The translations under genes and the position numbers were made by a program. From the IMG/VR virus record IMGVR_UViG_3300027970_000021, positions 50,061 to 70,060 of that record: 20,000 nt of DNA. One strand, written 5' to 3'. This stretch comes from an uncultured virus (IMG/VR IMGVR_UViG_3300027970_000021). Taxonomy: Duplodnaviria; Heunggongvirae; Uroviricota; Caudoviricetes. This document shows positions 14,574 through 20,000 of the stretch, one piece after another. The notes under the pieces were generated by a model. That model searched no databases. It was not told where the DNA came from and worked only from the letters and a program-made list of their open reading frames with translations. Position 1 is the first letter of the stretch. Each line of letters begins with the position of its first letter.

Positions 14574-14639
14574 AAAGAGGCCGTTAAGGTTGCCAACCGT
14601 ATTGTTTGGCGTACCAAAAGTATTAACTGAAGTAGACAT
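14574..14639 (-). CDS. Major capsid protein, exon 1 (22 aa; not in the ORF track)
   Basis: AGGAG SD (14654-14650), then ATG 14639, reading MSTSVNTFGTPNNTVGNLNGLF. An in-frame TAA follows one codon into the intron. Confidence 0.88.
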
Positions 14640-14668
14640 TTGTTATTTTCTCCTATTTATTAAGTTTA

Positions 14669-15145
14669 TTAAGCGTCTTCTGCAACAACGTACTCTAGCT
14701 CTAGGCAGAGTTGACGGGTTCCAGAGGTTAGAGCTAGGCCAGAATCGACGTTTAGTACAATCTTATCCAAAGCACCGCCAGCGACAATGCCGCTTGCTGG
14801 AGCTGAGGGAAGAGTGCATGTAACTAGGTCGGCAGAGCTAAGGCACGATACCTTAGCAGAGACAACCTTTTCGACTTGTTCTTGGATGCGGACGAGAACT
14901 GAGAAAATCCCAGTTGCGTCGGCAGCACTTGCTAGCGTAGGAACGGTGTCGTCAGAATTTAGGGCACCTGAGGCGACCGTAATATTGTCGATACCTTCTA
15001 CAGCCAAGAACAGGAGCGAGGGCTCGTCGCTAGTAAGAACTTTAGCGGCGGGGGTAGCACTACCAACGATCTGGAAAGGGATGGATACCTTCTGGACCTT
15101 TAGTTGGCGGCTGCGAACTTGTGAATCTTTTGATTCGTATGCCAT
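14669..15145 (-). CDS. Putative head decoration / minor capsid protein (158 aa)
   Basis: Ala/Ser/Val-rich ORF with an AAGGA SD, located between scaffold and capsid genes. Function inferred from position only. Confidence 0.55.
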   Translation of the reverse strand: MAYESKDSQVRSRQLKVQKVSIPFQIVGSATPAAKVLTSDEPSLLFLAVEGIDNITVASGALNSDDTVPTLASAADATGIFSVLVRIQEQVEKVVSAKVSCLSSADLVTCTLPSAPASGIVAGGALDKIVLNVDSGLALTSGTRQLCLELEYVVAEDA

Positions 15146-15189
15146 TTGTTTTTCCTTTTATATAATAATGTTGTGTTGTTGCTTTTTTC

Positions 15190-15262
15190 TTGACATGCCT
15201 CTAGATATTTGGTATTCTTTCGCCTAAGGGTAGAAAGAAGCCGCTTATTATAAGCCTATCAA
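15190..15262 (-). ncRNA. Candidate structured cis-regulatory RNA in the 5' leader of the decoration/capsid operon
   Basis: Outer stem TTGATAGGC/GCATGTCAA; inner perfect stem TTCTTTC/GAAAGAA; its loop CCTTAG can pair with downstream CTAGAGG (pseudoknot-like). Confidence 0.4.
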
Positions 15263-15265
15263 TAG

Positions 15266-15276
15266 TTAGTTGTTAA
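15266..15276 (-). promoter_or_regulatory. Candidate phage late-promoter motif TTAACAACTAA (copy 2)
   Basis: Exact repeat of 10452-10462; overlaps the scaffold stop codon and directly precedes the structured leader. Confidence 0.5.
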
Positions 15277-16271
15277 ATTTTGAAGAAATCTTTATAAGAA
15301 ACCTTCTTGTCTTCTTGATTTTCCTTTTGACCCGTTTTAGCCGTCTCCTTTACGGCACTTTTAAACGGCGTGGGGGGCATTTGGGCCTTTTTAGCCGCTA
15401 CAGTCTGTTTACGGATCTTATTAAGTGTATCTTTTCCGACAATGCCCTCAATAACTTCTAAAGGCATAGATCCAAACATAGCACGGGTATCGTTAATAAA
15501 CTCATCCCGTACCAAAGGAATTACTTCCTCAGGACTTACGTCGATATCGTTCTCAATAGCAAGCATCATCCAGTCAGCAATACGTTTAATAGTATACGGA
15601 GACTTAGGAATGTCTGATTTGGCTAGGGCCGCGTCAAGTTGTGAGTCGTAACGTTGGAAAGCCTGTTCTTCTAGCATTTCACGACGCTTAGCCTCACCAT
15701 CTTTCTTTTCTTTTTCACGTTCATCACGAAGAGCTTTAAGTTCTTGTTCAAGTTTTTCACGTTCTAGCTGTTCAGGTGACTTTTTGGCATTTTCAATTTC
15801 ACGTTCAATGACTTGTTGTGCAAGTTTCTTAATATCAATACCGAGAGAGGGGTCGCTTAGTACCTGCTCCGGATTATTACGAAGAACTTCTAGGAATTCA
15901 TTGACATCGCGCTCAAGTTTTGCGTGTTCTTGATATCTTTTATGCGAAGACTTTGACATTTGGAGCTGTTTACGCATATAATCCACAGATTTAGCGTCAT
16001 CAGGGATTTCAAATGGCAATTCTTCGTCATATTCAACACCATCTACCTTAATTTTAAGGGTTTTTAAGCGTTTGGCTTCGCTTTTAGTGAGCTTTTCTTT
16101 ACTTTCTAGCTTTTTAAGATCTTTTTCTTCGCTAGATGAAAGCGCTTGTTGCTCTTCACCACCAGGTTCGTTCTCTAGACCTTCATTTGAAAGCTCAGGA
16201 ACTTCAGTTTCCGATGGTTCTTGGCTATTTTGTGGTGCCGGGGCGGATTGTGTGGACATTTCGTCTGACAT
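15273..16271 (-). CDS. Capsid scaffolding protein (332 aa)
   Basis: Acidic disordered N-terminus, KIKVDGVEYDEE motif, long charged coiled coils and a basic C-terminus; AAGGAG SD; upstream of the capsid gene. Confidence 0.8.
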   Translation of the reverse strand: MSDEMSTQSAPAPQNSQEPSETEVPELSNEGLENEPGGEEQQALSSSEEKDLKKLESKEKLTKSEAKRLKTLKIKVDGVEYDEELPFEIPDDAKSVDYMRKQLQMSKSSHKRYQEHAKLERDVNEFLEVLRNNPEQVLSDPSLGIDIKKLAQQVIEREIENAKKSPEQLEREKLEQELKALRDEREKEKKDGEAKRREMLEEQAFQRYDSQLDAALAKSDIPKSPYTIKRIADWMMLAIENDIDVSPEEVIPLVRDEFINDTRAMFGSMPLEVIEGIVGKDTLNKIRKQTVAAKKAQMPPTPFKSAVKETAKTGQKENQEDKKVSYKDFFKI

Positions 16272-16345
16272 ATATTCTCCTTGTTGCGTCCCATTTGGGA
16301 TAGCTACGGTTAGCGAATGCGTAATTGCGTATCGCTTATATAATA

Positions 16346-16837
16346 TTATTTTTTAAGGGCTTTAAATTTACGACCACGGTCGCTTTTTTCTACTTTTTCC
16401 TTAGGCGGAACCTTATTATGTCCATATTGCCACATATAAGCTGCCTGCTCTTCTGTTGGCTTTTGTCTTTTAATCATCCGAAGTAGGTTTAAAGCCGATT
16501 CTTGCTCTAAATCTGGATTTTTCTTTACTTCTTCTAGTTGTTGATCTGCAGGTAGACCTTTAATACTGCGAAGTTCGGGTGAAGCAATGCCCATACGTGG
16601 TGAAACTTTGGTAATCTGCTCAATAGTATTGGGCATTAAACCAAAAGTTCCATATGCCGAGTCTCCGGAATGGATACTATTTGGGGATTGAATCTCGTCA
16701 TGAGCCATATCCTTCCCTCCACTAGATTCGAGCATTGCGATTTTATCTAAAAGTGCTTGTTCTTCGGGCGAAGCGTCATAATATTCTCGACGCTTCGGTC
16801 CAACGTCCTCTGGATTTTTCTTTAGTTTATTACCCAT
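16346..16837 (-). CDS. Lytic transglycosylase / lysozyme-like protein (163 aa)
   Basis: IAMLESSGG (catalytic Glu motif), SAYGTFGLMP and AYMWQYG match the three SLT motifs. Likely start is ATG 16837, overlapping the end of the upstream gene. Confidence 0.72.
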   Translation of the reverse strand: MGNKLKKNPEDVGPKRREYYDASPEEQALLDKIAMLESSGGKDMAHDEIQSPNSIHSGDSAYGTFGLMPNTIEQITKVSPRMGIASPELRSIKGLPADQQLEEVKKNPDLEQESALNLLRMIKRQKPTEEQAAYMWQYGHNKVPPKEKVEKSDRGRKFKALKK

Positions 16838-17018
16838 TACCTTTAACCTTATCAAAAATTGACCAAGAACGCGTCTGTTTACGAGCACCGTCCTGTGTTT
16901 TTTCTGCCTTATCAGAACGAAGGCCCATACCTTCTAAAGCTTTTCGACGAGCTTTACGTTTTTCTAGCTCTTCTTCGCTTACATATTTTTTAGACTCATC
17001 ATCCCAAACATCACTCAT
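16830..17018 (-). CDS. Small basic hypothetical protein (62 aa)
   Basis: AAGGA SD; fills the gap between the fiber-like gene and the transglycosylase gene. Confidence 0.65.
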   Translation of the reverse strand: MSDVWDDESKKYVSEEELEKRKARRKALEGMGLRSDKAEKTQDGARKQTRSWSIFDKVKGNG

Positions 17019-17036
17019 AAATAAATTCCTTTGAAA

Positions 17037-18239
17037 TTAAGTTATTGAAATAGTTTTCCATACGTAGTTATCTGACGCATCTTTTACGCAGATACTTAAA
17101 ACATCAGCAACGCCAGCTCCACCCTGCTCTAACCAAATTTTTCCACGTAAGTCGCTGGAAGCTGTTGGTCTAGTTCCCGTAGTTTGAATTGCAACATCGG
17201 CAACCGAACCGAATTTTAGGTTTGATCCCGAATCAATGACCATGGTTTGTCCAGAAGAACCTAACGTGTCCGGCCAGCGGAGCGTGTAATCTTGTGCTAG
17301 ATTGTTAGTCTCAAACAAGATGGCGTATCCGTTTCCTCTGAATTTTAACCCCCCGGTCCAGATAGTTCCAACTGGCTGGCTATAGTTACCGATAAAATAA
17401 CTGAATCCAGTGTCGAACGTGATGTCCTGGCCGAAAAGTATGGGAGCGGACGAGTCGGAGGTGTCAATCGTATAGGCCTCATTAGAGTCCCCGCCCGATG
17501 CTACGACGTTATCAATTTTAAGCCCCACGGCGCGGTGCAGACCGCCGCCGCCATCAGACCCGGTTGCGTGGGCACGGGAAATATACACACCGATAGCAGT
17601 TCTGATTTTACCAGAAGTCGATACGTTCCCAACATAAGCTTCTAATCCATAACCGCTCTGAATTAAACCGCTACTGGTATCGCCTGGAGCATTTTGGTCG
17701 TATAGCCTAGTTATAGCTCTGGCACCATAGGCCTCGGTGACAGTGCCATCTCCGTGCATTTCGCTTGTTAGATAGTTGCGCAATAAATCCACAGTTCCGG
17801 TATTATGTGCTCCGCGAGCAGAGGCATATAGAGCTTCTTGATAAGCTCCAGTTCCCGATGTCTGAACAACCACAGTAGACTCTACGTTTCTCCAGGTATC
17901 ATCACCATCTACGGCTTTATATGCAGACAATGAGTTATCGACCGGGCTAGAGTTGCCAATTCCTAATTGATTATTAGAATACGCAATTATACCACTTGAA
18001 CTTCCGATTGAATTTCCAGTGGTGTCAGTCCAAAAGGACAGGGAGTTTGTTGTTGAGCTAGATGGGCCAGTAACGTCACCAGAGCCCCCTCCACCACCAA
18101 TTTCATTCCAGCCAGAATCATCGGCAACATAGAACTTTCCGTCTCTAGTTGACGCCGCATTGCCGGGTTCTGGAAAAGTTGGGAGATTGGCGGCAGAATC
18201 ATAGACAGGGACATCTGCCCGTATATTAGTAAAGCTCAT
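17037..18239 (-). CDS. Fiber/spike-like virion protein (400 aa)
   Basis: GGGGGSGDVTGPSSST...WTDTTG linker, YTLRWPDTLGSSGQ motif and C-terminal GGAGVADVLSICVKDASDNYVWKTI, all typical of phage fiber proteins. Confidence 0.65.
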   Translation of the reverse strand: MSFTNIRADVPVYDSAANLPTFPEPGNAASTRDGKFYVADDSGWNEIGGGGGSGDVTGPSSSTTNSLSFWTDTTGNSIGSSSGIIAYSNNQLGIGNSSPVDNSLSAYKAVDGDDTWRNVESTVVVQTSGTGAYQEALYASARGAHNTGTVDLLRNYLTSEMHGDGTVTEAYGARAITRLYDQNAPGDTSSGLIQSGYGLEAYVGNVSTSGKIRTAIGVYISRAHATGSDGGGGLHRAVGLKIDNVVASGGDSNEAYTIDTSDSSAPILFGQDITFDTGFSYFIGNYSQPVGTIWTGGLKFRGNGYAILFETNNLAQDYTLRWPDTLGSSGQTMVIDSGSNLKFGSVADVAIQTTGTRPTASSDLRGKIWLEQGGAGVADVLSICVKDASDNYVWKTISIT

Positions 18240-18240
18240 A

Positions 18241-18591
18241 TTAAAGTGCCTTTACACAAAGATCAACATTAAGAGTTCCAGTTGTCTCGGAGTTTTTATC
18301 AAAAACCACTCGCATAAATTTATACATAGCCCTCTCAACGTTCAGTAAATTTGCACCAGAAGCCGCTCCAACCAAAACAGATGAGACGCTAACGAAATTG
18401 GTTCCATCATTAGATCCTTGGATAAGAACTAATGCATCAGTCGCACCGGCCCCAGACCAGCGAGTCTGCACCGAATAACCAATAGCATTTCTGATATCAA
18501 TAACTTCCGAAGACAGGTCGCCAGCAGTTGCCATGCTATAATTTGTGAAAAGACTTTTACCATTTACAAAAATATCGGCTGCGTAAGTCAT
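18241..18591 (-). CDS. Putative small virion protein (116 aa, beta-sandwich-like)
   Basis: AAGGA SD; IQGSNDGTNF and YKFMRV motifs; directly downstream of the portal. Confidence 0.65.
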   Translation of the reverse strand: MTYAADIFVNGKSLFTNYSMATAGDLSSEVIDIRNAIGYSVQTRWSGAGATDALVLIQGSNDGTNFVSVSSVLVGAASGANLLNVERAMYKFMRVVFDKNSETTGTLNVDLCVKAL

Positions 18592-18603
18592 ATGAATCCT
18601 TTA

Positions 18604-20000
18604 TTATTTTAAGTTGTTTAGACCGGCTTCTTGAAGCGCGGGATTTGGTAATAGTGATGGGTCTACTTTGGGAATATTAGGCATGTTTTCAGATCCACCT
18701 GGACCACTAACATTCTGACCAGCAACCTGAGGCCCACCAGCCGGAACTAATAGCTCATCAACGGATGTTGCGGGTTGGTTTGGTTGGGGAGCACCGCCAG
18801 GAGGCATTGATCCCGGAGGACCCATAGCCCCGGCAGGGGGTAGAGGCTGTTGGCCTAATAGGATAAGCAAGTCAGGATCAACAACACGCAGAGCATCAAG
18901 GTGGGCTTCTAGGTGATCCATTACAGTCTTAACAAGATCGACGTTCTTACGAAGGTCCGGGTCGGCTAATACAGCACGATGTTCTGAAATATGTAGACGG
19001 TGGTCGTCTGTTGGAGCAACAAGAACAACGTCACCATTCATGAGCCTTTCATTTTCAGACTTAATAAGAAGAAGTTCATTCACTTCTCCTTCAAACGTCA
19101 TATCAAGACGGCCAGTATTGATTACGTTAAAATATTGCTGAGGATTTTTAATTAGGCTCATCTGAGCAAGTTGCTCCGCCATCTGTACGCGACCAGCTAC
19201 GGTGCGCGATAAAGGATTTCCAACGTCAACAATAACGCGGTTTACGTCGGTAATATCATCGCCCGTAAATTCTTTTAGAAGAGGACGATTATTTTTACCA
19301 ACAAGCGCTACAATTTTAGGGGATTTCGCGTAGTCTTTAAGAATATTAATAAGACCAGTACCAACATCTTCAATCAGCTTTACATAGCTTTGTTGAAGGC
19401 CTGACATGAATTGTAAAGACATGCTCTGAACAAGCGCTAGAGCCGCACCAGACTCTAGACTGGCTTGAGGATTCCCACGGGACACAGAGTTAACTCCCGA
19501 AATGGTTTCGGCTGACTGAACTAACATGTCAACAAACTTAAAAATTTCGGCAGGAGTCTCTGTGAGATTCAGGGCCTCAGGTTTAATACTTGATTGGATA
19601 ATGTTCATACCACCTTCAAGCTGACCAGTAATGACATCGGAACCGTGAGGCATCCAGATGTTCTGTACGCCAAACGTGTTTTGGTTTGTCATGATGGTAC
19701 TAAACAATGAGTTAATACCTTCTTGAATTGGGAACACGTCAAACATTGAGGTATAAGCATAAGGAGTTCCAATAATCTCGGCAGCCGCAATACGAAAAAC
19801 GGGAACCGTGCGGTATGGGAGCTTCGTGTCTAATAGGATAATATCGTCAGCCAAGAACAGCATATACCGACCGTCAGGAAGGGCCTCGGACTTTTTATGG
19901 TAAAATTCATATACGGGGATATCGTCAGTTTCATCGTTAGACCAAAGCGCAAGACGGAAATTTGCGTATTGCGTTTTAGTTTGTAGTCCTTTGATCTTTT
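18604..20000 (-). CDS. Portal protein, C-terminal part (gene starts beyond the window)
   Basis: The frame is open from 19998 (DDIPVYEFYHKK...PDGRY) through QEGINSL...ETISGVNSVSRG...SGAALAL, resembling podovirus portals. It has a Pro/Gly/Gln-rich tail and lies upstream of scaffold and capsid. Confidence 0.85.
   Translation of the reverse strand, partial: KIKGLQTKTQYANFRLALWSNDETDDIPVYEFYHKKSEALPDGRYMLFLADDIILLDTKLPYRTVPVFRIAAAEIIGTPYAYTSMFDVFPIQEGINSLFSTIMTNQNTFGVQNIWMPHGSDVITGQLEGGMNIIQSSIKPEALNLTETPAEIFKFVDMLVQSAETISGVNSVSRGNPQASLESGAALALVQSMSLQFMSGLQQSYVKLIEDVGTGLINILKDYAKSPKIVALVGKNNRPLLKEFTGDDITDVNRVIVDVGNPLSRTVAGRVQMAEQLAQMSLIKNPQQYFNVINTGRLDMTFEGEVNELLLIKSENERLMNGDVVLVAPTDDHRLHISEHRAVLADPDLRKNVDLVKTVMDHLEAHLDALRVVDPDLLILLGQQPLPPAGAMGPPGSMPPGGAPQPNQPATSVDELLVPAGGPQVAGQNVSGPGGSENMPNIPKVDPSLLPNPALQEAGLNNLK

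Noticed and set aside
16838..16888. Upstream extension of the transglycosylase-like ORF
   Set aside because: It overlaps the 62-aa gene in another frame; ATG 16837 is coupled to that gene's end.
1..20000. CRISPR array, tRNA genes, integrase/att site, alternative genetic code, specific host assignment
   Set aside because: No spaced repeats, cloverleaf or integrase were seen. TAA, TAG and TGA all end genes normally. The host cannot be assigned from this sequence alone.

Overview
This window is part of a tailed-phage genome, probably podovirus-like, with two convergent modules. On the + strand (1-4694) is a replication operon: the C-terminus of an SNF2-type helicase, a hypothetical protein, an SSB-like protein, a DEDDh exonuclease, a ribbon-helix-helix protein, a family A DNA polymerase and a VRR-NUC nuclease. 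On the - strand (20000 down to 4691) is a virion and lysis module: portal (partial), small virion proteins, a fiber-like protein, a lytic-transglycosylase-like protein, scaffold, a possible decoration protein, major capsid protein, a free-standing Hef-like endonuclease, a C1q-domain tail fiber and a lysis cassette with a CHAP endolysin. The main result is not visible in the ORF track. The major capsid gene is split into three exons (14639-14574, 13670-13533, 13030-11981; 417 aa when joined) by two group I self-splicing introns whose core pairings can be read directly from the sequence. Intron 1 carries an apparently intact double-motif LAGLIDADG gene, and intron 2 carries an internally deleted GIY-YIG gene. 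A third endonuclease of a different family sits just downstream with its own consensus, probably leaderless, promoter. Also noted: a repeated candidate late-promoter motif, a structured RNA leader upstream of the capsid operon, an unannotated 46-aa membrane protein in the lysis cassette and a GC step between the two halves of the window. All calls come from manual motif reading and base-pairing; no database searches were run.
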